A DNA stretch of 64,000 nt from an uncultured Brevifollis sp. (GCA_964642905.1 CAZXPU010000002.1:34154-98153), one strand, 5' to 3'. Positions 49,800 through 59,206 are shown, counted from the first letter of the stretch. The notes: a model not told the origin generated them from the letters alone. Program-made: numbers and translations.

Positions 49800-51016
49800 A
49801 ACATCTTCTTCTTTGTCCGCTCATCGTTCTTTCGATCTGCGCCCATGCCGCCGAGCCGGCGCCGGCGGCGCCACCGGCTCCGCTGGACTTCATCGACACC
49901 AGCTTCGAAAACGCCTCGCCGCTGTGGTATGAGTTTGCGCCGGACGGCACGGTGATCGTGAACCTGAACTATGACCAGGAGCGCCTCTCGCCCAACCGCG
50001 CGGCGGGGCATTTCCACTTTCGCCTGCAGGCCGCCAAGGGGCGCAAGATCACGCTGGAGCTCAGGAACCTCGCCAATGTCTGGAACAGCAAGGCCGGCTC
50101 GGTCGCCAAGGAGATCAAGCAGGTCGTCATCTCGGAAGATGGCAGGAACTGGACGCCCGTGCCCACGGTGTTTCCGGAGCCGGACCGCGTGCTCGTCACG
50201 CTGGAAATGCCCGGCCCCTCCCTCTACGTCGCCCGTGCGGAGCCGTATCGCGTCTCGGACCTCAACCGCTTTCTGGAGGAGATCCGGGCGAACCCGCGCG
50301 TGAAGATCACCCCGATCGGCAAAACGGTGCAGGGCCGTGAAATCGAGATCATCCGCGTGGGCAATGATGACGCGCCTAACCATGTTTTCATCCGTGCCCG
50401 CGCCCACCCATGGGAGCCGGTGGGCAACTGGGTGACCGAGGGCCTGGTGCGGCGTCTCCTGAAAGGCGACGCGGACGCCGAGAGGTTCCTCGAGCGATAC
50501 AATGTGTGCATCCTGCCGATGGCGAACAAGGACGGCGTCGAACGCGGCGGCACCCGTTTCAACCTTGGCGGCTGGGATTTGAACCGCAAATGGGACAAAC
50601 CCGCCGACCCGAAGCTCGCCCCTGAAAACGCCGCGCTTGAGCGCTGGCTCGAAGACGAGATCAAGGCGGGCAGGCGTCCAACCTTTGCGATGGACCTGCA
50701 CAACGACGGCAACGGCATGCTGCACATCAGCCGTCCGGACACTCCCGACATCGACGCTTATCTCGCACGCATGGCCCGCTTCGAGCAGTGCCTGCGCGAC
50801 CACACGTGGTTCACCGTCGGCTCGACAAAACCGGGCTTTCACAACCCCGGCACGCTGGGAGAAGGCTGGTTCTCACGCTTCGGCGTCGACGCCGTCATCC
50901 TCGAGTTCAACTGCAACTACATCGAGGGGCTCAAGCAGCCCGCCATGGGCAGGCACTGGCTGACCTTTGGCGAAGGGCTCACAAAGACGTTTGAGGCTTA
51001 CTTCGCGGCCAAGTAG
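49796..51016 (+). CDS. M14 zinc carboxypeptidase-like protein, secreted
   Basis: IGKTVQGR, RAHPWE (HxxE), PMANKDG, DLNR, MDLH. Confidence 0.85.
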   Translation: MKHLLLCPLIVLSICAHAAEPAPAAPPAPLDFIDTSFENASPLWYEFAPDGTVIVNLNYDQERLSPNRAAGHFHFRLQAAKGRKITLELRNLANVWNSKAGSVAKEIKQVVISEDGRNWTPVPTVFPEPDRVLVTLEMPGPSLYVARAEPYRVSDLNRFLEEIRANPRVKITPIGKTVQGREIEIIRVGNDDAPNHVFIRARAHPWEPVGNWVTEGLVRRLLKGDADAERFLERYNVCILPMANKDGVERGGTRFNLGGWDLNRKWDKPADPKLAPENAALERWLEDEIKAGRRPTFAMDLHNDGNGMLHISRPDTPDIDAYLARMARFEQCLRDHTWFTVGSTKPGFHNPGTLGEGWFSRFGVDAVILEFNCNYIEGLKQPAMGRHWLTFGEGLTKTFEAYFAAK

Positions 51017-51131
51017 TGCTCTCGCACTGCGAGAGAGACATTGGGAATGGATGGCGCGGAAGATGTGTCTTTAGCGCAGACTTTCTTTGCAGCGAAGTCG
51101 GCCAGCTCATCTCGCAAGGCAAGATGGCTGC
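51013..51131. repeat. REP doublet (REPIN-like), family A
   Basis: GTAG TG CTCTCGC ACT GCGAGAG (51013-51039, +) and GCAG CC ATCTTGC CTT GCGAGAT GAGCTG (51103-51131, -). Confidence 0.75.
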
Positions 51132-51177
51132 TTTGCTTCGCGCAATCGGCTGCTTTGTGGCCGTATGAAATCATCCC

Positions 51178-52524
51178 ATGATCTCGCGCCTCTTTTTGCT
51201 CACGCTGACAGCCTTCACTTTCTCGATGCACGCCCGGCCAGTCGGCGACGGCAAGGCGGACGACACGGCGGCGGTGCAGGCAATGGTCGATGAAGGCGGC
51301 GCCCTGCGTTTCGGGCGCGGCAGCCATCGGCTGACGAAAACGATCGTCGTCGACCTCGACAAAACGGGCTTCATTTCGCTCAGCGGCGACGGGGTGGCGC
51401 GGTTTGTGATGGAGGGCGCGGGACCAGCCTTTCATTTCAAAGGCACGCACGGCGGCACGGCGGATCCGGAGAGCCTGAAGCCGGAGATCTTCGCCCGGCA
51501 GCGCACGCCAATGATCGAGGGTCTGGAGATCACCGGCGCCCATGCCGAGGCGGATGGCATCGAGGCCACTGGCACGATGCAGCTCACGATCAGCCGTGTG
51601 TCCGTGCACGAGGCACGGCATGGAGTGCGCCTCAGCGTCCGAAACCGCAACGTCATCATCAGCGACTGCCATCTGTATCACAACAGCGGCGCGGGTGTGC
51701 TTTACGACCAGGTCGATCTGCACCAGTCGAACATCATCGGCAGCCACATCAGCTACAATGCCGGAGGAGGCGTGGTGACACGTGGCGGCGCGGTGAGAAA
51801 CCTGCACATCGGCACCTGCGACATCGAGAGCAACATGGCCCCGGAGGCCCCGCCGACCGCGAACGTGCTGATCGACTGCACGGACGGCTCCACGGCCGAG
51901 GTGAGCATCACCGGCTGCACCCTTCAGCACAACAGCAGGTCACCTGGCTCGGCGAATGTGCGCTTCATCGGCAAGGGCAGGCCGTATGGCAACGATGAAA
52001 GCGCGCGCTGGGGTCATCTCAGCATCTGCGACAACGTGCTGAGCGACGTCGACGTGAACATCGACCTTCAGGAGGTGCGCGGCGCGGTCATCAACGGCAA
52101 CACCTTCGGCGTCGGCTTCCAGCACGATCTGCTCGCAGTGGGTTGCAGCCACATCGCCGTCGGCCCGAACACCTTCGACCGCAACCCGCCCTACTACCGC
52201 GGCAAGGCCGCCGAGGCAAAGGGCGGCCTCGTCTTCCGCAACTGCCGTGACACGACGCTGACCGGCCTGCAGATTGACGGCGTGCGTTCACATCCGGCGG
52301 CCCTGCAGGTTCTCAACGGCGACACCTTCAACATCTCCGGCTGCACGATCCTCGACAGCGACGGTGCGGGCCTGCTGCTGCAAAACACACGCAACAGCCT
52401 CGTGACCGGCTGCCTGATCGCCGATCGCCGCCAAGACCGCCCGCCCGCTCCTTCCCTTCGAGTCGAAGGCGGCGGGGACAACACCTTTGCCAACAACAAG
52501 CTCGCGCACGGCGAAGCCAAGTAG
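51178..52524 (+). CDS. Right-handed parallel beta-helix (pectin lyase-like) protein, secreted
   Basis: GDGKADDTAAVQ start motif, then repeats NVIISDCHL, NLHIGTCDI, VSITGCTL, FNISGCTI. Confidence 0.85.
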   Translation: MISRLFLLTLTAFTFSMHARPVGDGKADDTAAVQAMVDEGGALRFGRGSHRLTKTIVVDLDKTGFISLSGDGVARFVMEGAGPAFHFKGTHGGTADPESLKPEIFARQRTPMIEGLEITGAHAEADGIEATGTMQLTISRVSVHEARHGVRLSVRNRNVIISDCHLYHNSGAGVLYDQVDLHQSNIIGSHISYNAGGGVVTRGGAVRNLHIGTCDIESNMAPEAPPTANVLIDCTDGSTAEVSITGCTLQHNSRSPGSANVRFIGKGRPYGNDESARWGHLSICDNVLSDVDVNIDLQEVRGAVINGNTFGVGFQHDLLAVGCSHIAVGPNTFDRNPPYYRGKAAEAKGGLVFRNCRDTTLTGLQIDGVRSHPAALQVLNGDTFNISGCTILDSDGAGLLLQNTRNSLVTGCLIADRRQDRPPAPSLRVEGGGDNTFANNKLAHGEAK

Positions 52525-52640
52525 CCCTCTTGCTCCGCGAGATGAGCTGTGCGCATGGCAAACACAAGGCGCGTCGAGCTTTCGTCCCGCATTTCTGGCA
52601 GGGAAGGCCTTGAGATTGCATTGCCCAGCAAGATGGCTGC
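52521..52640. repeat. REP doublet (REPIN-like), family A
   Basis: GTAG CC CTCTTGC TCC GCGAGAT GAGCTG (52521-52549, +) and partial GCAG CC ATCTTGC TGG GCAA (52621-52640, -). Confidence 0.7.
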
Positions 52641-52671
52641 CTTGCCGTCGCGTATTCGAAGCCTGCTTTCC

Positions 52672-53457
52672 ATGCGTTTGCTTCTCATCCTCACCTGCCT
52701 CGTGCTTCAACCGCTGCACGCGGCGGATTTTCATGCCGCCACCTGCGAAGGCGTCTATCCACGCCACCTCCAGGGATTCTGCACCAATGACAAGGACGCC
52801 ATCTACTGGTGCTGGACGGATGTTCTCGTCAAAACCGACACGGAGGGCCGGGTGCTGAAAAAGGTGCCGGTGGCCAACCACCATGGCGACCTCTGTTTTC
52901 ACGACGGTCGCGTGTATGTCGCCACCAACCTGGGCAAGTTCAACCGGCCGGCGGGCGAGGCGGACTCGTGGGTCTATGTCTATGATGCGGACAGCCTTGC
53001 CGAACTGACCAGGCATCGCCTGCCTGAGCTTGTGCATGGAGCGGGCGGCATGACCTGGCGTGACGGACGCTTCTTCATCGTCGGCGGCCTGCCTCCCGGG
53101 GTGGAGGAAAACTACGTGTATGAGTATGACAGCGCCTTCCGCTTCCAGAAGCGTCACGTGCTCGCCAGCGGCTACACGCTCATGGGCATTCAGACGGTGG
53201 CGCAGGCGGACGGCACCTGGTGGTTCGGCTGTTACGGCAAGCCGGCCGTGCTGCTGCGTGCGGATGAAAACCTGCGCTTCAACGGCAAATGGGAGTTCAA
53301 CGCCTCCGTCGGCCTCGCCCCGATCAGCGGCGGGCGTTTCCTCGTCGCGCAAAACACGTCCATGAAAGGCGAGGACGGCAAGACCAAGGTCAACAAGGCC
53401 CGGGTGCTGGTGGCGCGGCCCGATGAGAAAGCCGGGTTGGTGATTGAAACGCCATGA
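52672..53457 (+). CDS. Secreted hypothetical beta-propeller protein
   Basis: Signal peptide; YPRHLQG, NHHGDLC, HGAGGM repeats. Confidence 0.7.
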   Translation: MRLLLILTCLVLQPLHAADFHAATCEGVYPRHLQGFCTNDKDAIYWCWTDVLVKTDTEGRVLKKVPVANHHGDLCFHDGRVYVATNLGKFNRPAGEADSWVYVYDADSLAELTRHRLPELVHGAGGMTWRDGRFFIVGGLPPGVEENYVYEYDSAFRFQKRHVLASGYTLMGIQTVAQADGTWWFGCYGKPAVLLRADENLRFNGKWEFNASVGLAPISGGRFLVAQNTSMKGEDGKTKVNKARVLVARPDEKAGLVIETP

Positions 53458-55463
53458 CCCCGCTCTGCCGAAGCCTCCTTGTCAGTCTTGTCTGCACCTG
53501 GGCGCATGCCGAGGTCACACGGGTCGAAATCACGCACCGCGCCCCCTTTGCGGAAGGCCGGTCCTTCGGGGCCGCAGGCGCCTACGAATGCATCCGGGGC
53601 AGGCTGCACCTGGAAACGGATCCGCAAAACCCGGCCAACGAACGCATCAGCGACCTCCGGCGCGCCCCGCGCAATGCCAGGGGGCTGGTGCACAGCTGGT
53701 CCGACTTCTTCCTTCTGAAGCCGGTCGATGCGGCAAAAGGCAACGGCGTTCTGCTTTATGACGTCCACAACCGCGGCAACATGCTCGCTCTGTGGACCTT
53801 CAATGATGGCGAGCGCACCAACGATCCGAAGACAGAGGCGCATGCGGGCCACGGCTTCCTGATGAAGCACGGCTTTTCCGTGCTTTGGTGCGGCTGGAAC
53901 GGCGAGGTTCAGGCCGATGACACGCATCGTTTGTTATGCGGCCTGCCCATCGCGACGGAAAACGGGCGGACAATCACCGGCAGGGCGCATCTGGAGATCA
54001 GCAGCACCGAGAAGGTCTTCAGCCGTGCTTTTTCCTGGAGCCCCTGGGGCATCGGCGCGGCTTTTCCGGCCGTAAGCCTCGACAATGCCGACGCCACGCT
54101 CACCATGCGTCCACATCGCACTGCGGAAGGCATCGAAGTGCCGCGGGCGGAGTGGGCATTCGGCCGCTGGGAGAATGAGAAGCTCATCCCCGACGCCACG
54201 AATCTTCACGTGAAGGCGGGTTTTCGTCCGGGCTGGCTCTACGACCTCGTTTACACGGCGAAGGAACCACGAGTGACCGGGCTCGGCCTCACCGCCCTGA
54301 GGGACTGCGTGACATATTTCAGACACGGGGAGGCGAAGGAAAATCCGCTGTCGGGTGCGATTCAGAAAGCCTGCGTCTTCGGCATCTCGCAGTCCGGCCG
54401 CGTCATCCATCACTTTCTTTATGAAGGCCTGAACAGCGATGAGCAGGGACGCAGGGTCTTTGACGGCGCCCTGATCCATGTCGCGGGCTCCGGCAAGGGC
54501 ATGTTCAACCACCGCTTCCGCATGAGCACGGAGTACGGCACGCAGCACGAGGGCCATCTGTCGGGCAGCGAGTTCTTCCCGCTCGCGCCGCTGCCGCAAA
54601 CCGATGCCGTCACCGGCGAATCCGGCGACTCGCTCGCACGTTCGCGGAAGTCCGGCCACACGCCGCGCATTCTCTTCACGCAAAGCTCCACCGAATACTG
54701 GAGCCGCGCCGCCTCGCTGCTGCACACGGATGTGGAGGGAAAAACCGACCTCAGCCTGCCGGAGGATATGCGCGTTTATCTCGTGGCCGGAGCACAGCAT
54801 CTCGGCAGGAGCGACGGCACGCCAGGCATCTGCCAGCAGCCGCGCAACACGCTCGATGATCGCGGTCCCGTGCTGCGGGCGATGCTGATGCATCTGGTGG
54901 ATTGGGTGAAGCATGACAAAGCTCCGCCGCCAAGCCGTCATCCACGGCTGAAAGATCACACGCTGGTGAGCTTCGAAGAATGGAAGGCGCAGCATCCGAA
55001 GATTCCAGGCCATCATCTCCCCACCCATGCCTATCAGCCGCTGCGCCTTGATTTTGGACCGCGTTTTCACAGCGAAGGCATCGCCGACATCGTTCCACCG
55101 AAGGCCGGAAAACCCTTCCGCACGCTCGTGCCTGCCGTGAATGCCGATGGCAATGAAACCAGCGGCATCGTGCTGCCGGAGGTCACCGTGCCGCTCGGCA
55201 CCTACACCGGCTGGAACCTCCGCTCGCCCCAGGTCGGTGCCGCAACAATGCTCTCGCCGCTCGACGGCATGTTCATCCCCTTTGCGAAGACCAAGGCCGA
55301 ACGCGACAAGACCGGCGACCCTCGCCTCTCTCTCGAAGAACGCTACCCGACACGGGCGGAGTATCTGTCACGCTTCAGGGCCGCAGCCCAAAAGCTCCAC
55401 GAAGACGGGTTTCTGCTGGAGGAGGATGTGACACGGCTCATCGAGCGTGAGTCAGCAAAGTAA
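53454..55463 (+). CDS. Secreted alpha/beta hydrolase domain protein (Abhydrolase_10-like)
   Basis: FGAAGAYE, LLYDVHNRG, FGISQSGR (GxSxxG), FDGALIH, EYW, AGAQH, PLGTYTGWN, SLEERY. Confidence 0.82.
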   Translation: MTPLCRSLLVSLVCTWAHAEVTRVEITHRAPFAEGRSFGAAGAYECIRGRLHLETDPQNPANERISDLRRAPRNARGLVHSWSDFFLLKPVDAAKGNGVLLYDVHNRGNMLALWTFNDGERTNDPKTEAHAGHGFLMKHGFSVLWCGWNGEVQADDTHRLLCGLPIATENGRTITGRAHLEISSTEKVFSRAFSWSPWGIGAAFPAVSLDNADATLTMRPHRTAEGIEVPRAEWAFGRWENEKLIPDATNLHVKAGFRPGWLYDLVYTAKEPRVTGLGLTALRDCVTYFRHGEAKENPLSGAIQKACVFGISQSGRVIHHFLYEGLNSDEQGRRVFDGALIHVAGSGKGMFNHRFRMSTEYGTQHEGHLSGSEFFPLAPLPQTDAVTGESGDSLARSRKSGHTPRILFTQSSTEYWSRAASLLHTDVEGKTDLSLPEDMRVYLVAGAQHLGRSDGTPGICQQPRNTLDDRGPVLRAMLMHLVDWVKHDKAPPPSRHPRLKDHTLVSFEEWKAQHPKIPGHHLPTHAYQPLRLDFGPRFHSEGIADIVPPKAGKPFRTLVPAVNADGNETSGIVLPEVTVPLGTYTGWNLRSPQVGAATMLSPLDGMFIPFAKTKAERDKTGDPRLSLEERYPTRAEYLSRFRAAAQKLHEDGFLLEEDVTRLIERESAK

Positions 55464-55488
55464 CCATCTTGCCCCGCAAGATGAGCCG
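55460..55488 (+). repeat. REP copy, family A (left arm)
   Basis: GTAA CC ATCTTGC CCC GCAAGAT GAGCCG; perfect 7-bp stem; TAA is the stop of the upstream gene. Confidence 0.75.
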
Positions 55489-55550
55489 GGGCGTTCGGAC
55501 AAAAACGTCCCGCAAAGGTCCGTTGCGCCGGGTTGCATGCGCCTTATCGG

Positions 55551-56090
55551 ATGAACATGGGTGACATCGTGATTGAGACCGGGCGGCTGCATCTGCGGCC
55601 TATGACATCGGATGATGTTCCAGACTTGCTGGAGGTTTTTGGCGATGCGGAGGCCATGCGCTTTTATCCAGCCCCGTTTGATGAAGCCCGGATGCGAGCG
55701 TGGGTCGATTGGAACCGACGGAGCTATGAGACGCAAGGTCATGGGCTTTGGGCTCTAGTCCAGCGCTCCACGGGCGAGGTGATTGGCGATTGCGGTCTCG
55801 TCAGCCAGGAGGTCGATGGCTCACCCGAGATCGAGGTGGGGTACCATGTGCGGCGTGATCTGTGGGGCAAGGGACTGGCCACGGAGGCGGCGCTGGCTTG
55901 CCTGGAGCATGGATTCACCCGCTTCGGCTTCAGGCGGTTCGTTTCGCTTATCCATCCTCAAAATGCGCCCTCGCGACGGGTGGCGGCAAAGATCGGAATG
56001 ACGCTACGGCGGGAGACCGAATGGAAGGGCAAAGCCACCTGCATTTATGGGATTGAGAGAGGCCGAATCCTCGCCCATGCATCGCCATGA
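55551..56090 (+). CDS. GNAT N-acetyltransferase (RimJ/RimL type)
   Basis: IETGRLHLRP, VIGDCGL, EIEVGY, LWGKGLATEAA, NAPSRRVAAKIGM. Confidence 0.9.
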   Translation: MNMGDIVIETGRLHLRPMTSDDVPDLLEVFGDAEAMRFYPAPFDEARMRAWVDWNRRSYETQGHGLWALVQRSTGEVIGDCGLVSQEVDGSPEIEVGYHVRRDLWGKGLATEAALACLEHGFTRFGFRRFVSLIHPQNAPSRRVAAKIGMTLRRETEWKGKATCIYGIERGRILAHASP

Positions 56091-56539
56091 AGATGGAAGG
56101 AATCCAAGGCTGTTTTGAGAAAACCCGCGGCATGTTCTATTTCGCGAGGATGTGCTCCAAGATTCGTCTGCATGACCAGGGCCGATTGCCAGACGAATAT
56201 CACGACATGCTCGGCCAGGGCTTTGATGGGCGGACGTGTCGTTACTTGCATGTCGCCTACGAGGAGGTGAGATCGCAGGTGCTGGCCGGCAGGTCGGATG
56301 GGGAGGTGCTCGACTGGTGCTTCGCCAATGGTCGCCCGCTCACTGAGGAAGAAGTGCTCATCTACAACAGCTTCATGAGCAAGCGCGGCTGGCACGATGA
56401 CGAGACCGACGAGTTCATCCCCGAAATGATCCGGCAGTATGGCCTGCCAGACAACGGCACCGTTTTAACCGACTTTGACCTCATCGAGATGGATGAGGGC
56501 CGCTGGTATCCCGACATGTGGCGGGATGCCTGGAAATGA
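56087..56539 (+). CDS. DUF5069 domain protein
   Basis: GMFYFARMCSKIRLH..G.LP.EY, GFDGRTC, SDGEVLDW, FDLIEMDEGR. Confidence 0.78.
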   Translation: MKMEGIQGCFEKTRGMFYFARMCSKIRLHDQGRLPDEYHDMLGQGFDGRTCRYLHVAYEEVRSQVLAGRSDGEVLDWCFANGRPLTEEEVLIYNSFMSKRGWHDDETDEFIPEMIRQYGLPDNGTVLTDFDLIEMDEGRWYPDMWRDAWK

Positions 56540-56554
56540 ACCCAACTCCCGATC

Positions 56555-56938
56555 ATGCCTGATTTTCCGTCCCCCGAGTCCGTCGTCCAGCGGCAGCTTG
56601 ATGCCTACAACGCACGCGACGTGGATGCGCTGCTGGCAACGTATGCCGAGGACGTGCAGCAGTTTGAATTTCCAGGCACCTTGCTGTGCAACGGCGCGTC
56701 GCAGTTGCGGGAGCGAATGACGGCACGCTTGAGCGATCCGCTGCTCCATGCGCGGCTGATCAACCGCGTCGTGATGGGTAATACGGTTATCGACCACGAG
56801 GAGGTGACGCGCTCCTTCCCGGAAGGCCCTGGCAAAATCGAATTGGTGGCGATTTACGAGGTGCGCGATGGGAAAATCACCGCCGCGCGGTTCATCTCCG
56901 GGAAGATCACTCTCGACTCCACGACTCACACCCAATGA
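56555..56938 (+). CDS. SnoaL/NTF2-like protein
   Basis: VVQRQLDAYNARDVDA, GNTVIDHEEV, VAIYEVRDGKI. Confidence 0.88.
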   Translation: MPDFPSPESVVQRQLDAYNARDVDALLATYAEDVQQFEFPGTLLCNGASQLRERMTARLSDPLLHARLINRVVMGNTVIDHEEVTRSFPEGPGKIELVAIYEVRDGKITAARFISGKITLDSTTHTQ

Positions 56939-57381
56939 CCCCAACGATCTGCCCCTTCAACGACAGCACCCATCGCGATCAAGTCATCGCCTTGTGGGAG
57001 GCTGTGTTCGGCTATGAAACAGCCCACAACCGCCCTGGGCTTGCCATCGACAAGAAGTTGGCCGTCGAGGACGGGCTGTTCTTCGTCGCCATGCGGGGTG
57101 CCGAGGTCATCGGCACCCTCATGGCCGGATACGACGGGCACCGCGGCTGGATCTACTCCGTCGCGGTGCATCCTGAACATCGAAAGCAGGGCGTCGGCTC
57201 CAAGCTTGTCGTTCATGCGGAGCGTGCACTGGCCGGGCGTGGCTGCATGAAGATCAATCTTCAGATCGTGGCAGGCAACGCGTCCGTGGCAGCCTTCTAC
57301 GAGTCACTCGGCTATGCTGTTGAGCCGCGCGTAAGCATGGGCAAACAGATTCAGGCCAACATTGCATCGAATGATCTCTGA
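56935..57381 (+). CDS. GNAT acetyltransferase (YpeA-like)
   Basis: MAGYDGHRGWIYSVAVHP, GCMKINLQI, FYESLGY. Confidence 0.9.
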   Translation: MTPTICPFNDSTHRDQVIALWEAVFGYETAHNRPGLAIDKKLAVEDGLFFVAMRGAEVIGTLMAGYDGHRGWIYSVAVHPEHRKQGVGSKLVVHAERALAGRGCMKINLQIVAGNASVAAFYESLGYAVEPRVSMGKQIQANIASNDL

Positions 57382-57545
57382 GCATGGGATCAGCAGCGGC
57401 CCGCTGGCCGCGCCGCGCAAGGCCCGGATTCACCACGGGGAGAAGGCCAGGGCTTTTCTGCCTGCATCTTCCAAGTCAACATGGAGAACCAGATGCATCA
57501 GGTTGATTTTGGCCTCAGCCATTGGCTTCAAAAAAGCTGACTCAC

Positions 57546-58253
57546 ATGCATGACCACACATCCACCGACACCCGTCGCGGCCCGCGAACCACGATCATCT
57601 TCGATGCGGACGGCACGCTGATTGGTGGCGAGCCAACTGACTGGGTGAGCTTTGAGGCGGCGTTTCTTGAGGTCGCTGGCTTCGCTTTGACCGGCGACTT
57701 CTTCGACTCCATCGAAGAAGTCACGGCCAGGGCGCTCGTGCATCAGGCGCTGGCTGATCTCGATCACACGGAGCGTCAGCTCAAAGAACAGGCTGTTGCC
57801 GACGGGTTCCTGCGCCGGCTGCAAGCCGCGCACCAGAAAGATCGTGAATGCTTTCCAGCCACCCATGGAGCGGTGGCGCTGCTGCACGAGCTGAAAGCAG
57901 CCGGATTGCGCATCGCCATCGCCACCGGTGACTGGCGAGAATCGATCACCTTCAAGCTCGGCGCCGCCGGCATCCCGATTGACGACATTCCCATCGTGAC
58001 CTCCTCGGAGCACTACGCCCGCGCCGACATCATCCGTGCTGCGGTGTCCCAGGCAGGCGGACGGCTCGATGAAGCCGTCTATGTGGGCGACGGCCTGTGG
58101 GATCTGCGAGCCTGCGAACGCCTGGGCATTTCCTTCATTGGCGTCGGACACCGGAAGGAGCGGCTGCGAAATGCAGGCGCGCTGCACGTCGTCGATGATC
58201 TGCATCCGCCGCTGTTCTGGCGCGTTCACGGCGCCATCCATACGACCCGCTAA
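57546..58253 (+). CDS. HAD superfamily hydrolase
   Basis: IIFDADGTL, IATG, YVGDGLWD. Confidence 0.88.
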   Translation: MHDHTSTDTRRGPRTTIIFDADGTLIGGEPTDWVSFEAAFLEVAGFALTGDFFDSIEEVTARALVHQALADLDHTERQLKEQAVADGFLRRLQAAHQKDRECFPATHGAVALLHELKAAGLRIAIATGDWRESITFKLGAAGIPIDDIPIVTSSEHYARADIIRAAVSQAGGRLDEAVYVGDGLWDLRACERLGISFIGVGHRKERLRNAGALHVVDDLHPPLFWRVHGAIHTTR

Positions 58254-58268
58254 CCTGCCCTTCACGAC

Positions 58269-58667
58269 ATGCTCCATCACCTCTCCTTCGCCGTCACTGA
58301 TCTCAATCAGTCTGCCGCATTCTACGATGCGGCGCTTGCCACGCTCGGGTATCGCCGCGTGTGGCACGATGCGACATTCATCGGATACGGCGTGAAGGAT
58401 GGAGAGGACATCTTCGCGCTCAAGTTTCGTCCGCGAAACACGGGCGTGCCCGGAGATGGATTTCATGTGGCTTTCACAGCGCCATCACGGGACGCTGTTC
58501 TGCGTTTTCATGAGGCCGCGCTCGTTCACGGCGGCGCTGACAACGGCGGAGCCGGGCTGCATCCTGAATACGGCCCGGACTACTTCGCCGCGTTTGTCAT
58601 TGATCCTGACGGCTACCGGATCGAAGCCGTGTTCATCGACAATCCGTCAGCATCTATGTCCGCATGA
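58269..58667 (+). CDS. VOC family (glyoxalase) protein
   Basis: MLHHLSFAV, AFYDAAL, HVAFTA, DNGGAGL, YFAAFVIDPDGYRIEAV. Confidence 0.92.
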   Translation: MLHHLSFAVTDLNQSAAFYDAALATLGYRRVWHDATFIGYGVKDGEDIFALKFRPRNTGVPGDGFHVAFTAPSRDAVLRFHEAALVHGGADNGGAGLHPEYGPDYFAAFVIDPDGYRIEAVFIDNPSASMSA

Positions 58668-58693
58668 TTCAGCCGCGCTTCGTGTGAATGTCC

Positions 58694-59080
58694 CTATGAT
58701 GTGACATCGAAGAATGCCAGAACATGCCCGTCAGGGTCGCTGACGTAAAACTCGCGACCGCAGGGCATCACACGCAGAGGTTGGACGATCTCCAGCGCCT
58801 GCGAGCACACCTGCTCATACAGACCGTCGAGGTCCTTCACTCCAAAGATCAGATCGACATCCTGATTCTCCCGCCTGCGCTGCCACTCGCTGCTGGATGG
58901 AGTGCCTGCCTTGAGGTGGATCGAGTGGGGCCCGATGCCGAGGCCCGCGTAGAAGCCCCCATGCTCGAAGTTGAGTTCGAACCCCAATCGCCCGGTGTAA
59001 AACCGGTTCGACCGTTTCAAGTCGGACAGCACGAGCAGAGGACTCATGCAGTGGAGAATCGCGGGAAGCATGGTTTTCAT
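58694..59080 (-). CDS. VOC family (bleomycin-resistance-like) protein
   Basis: FYTGRLGF, VKDLDGLYE, GREFYVSDPDGHVLAF. Confidence 0.8.
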   Translation of the reverse strand: MKTMLPAILHCMSPLLVLSDLKRSNRFYTGRLGFELNFEHGGFYAGLGIGPHSIHLKAGTPSSSEWQRRRENQDVDLIFGVKDLDGLYEQVCSQALEIVQPLRVMPCGREFYVSDPDGHVLAFFDVTS

Positions 59081-59129
59081 AAGGAACCACTCCTGCCATG
59101 CTCATGCGATCAGGCCAACTGGGTCGTAT

Positions 59130-59189
59130 GCAACGAAGTCTGCCGTCTCTCGGCTCCTCTCGGCTCCTCTCGCGGAGCGAGAGGGCTGC
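59130..59189 (-). repeat. REP copy, family A (right arm), with internal 10-bp tandem duplication
   Basis: Minus strand GCAG CC CTCTCGC TCC GCGAGAG GAGCCG (59161-59189); CGGCTCCTCT repeated at 59151 and 59161; GCAACGAAGTCTGCC (59130) matches GCAGCGAAGTCGGCC (51089). Confidence 0.75.
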
Positions 59190-59206
59190 TTTGCTCTCGG
59201 AACAAG

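Noticed and set aside
55490-59130. Integron cassette array hypothesis for the GNAT/SnoaL/VOC block
   Set aside because: No intI, most intergenic gaps are too short for attC, and I found no RYYYAAC...GTTRRRY pairs
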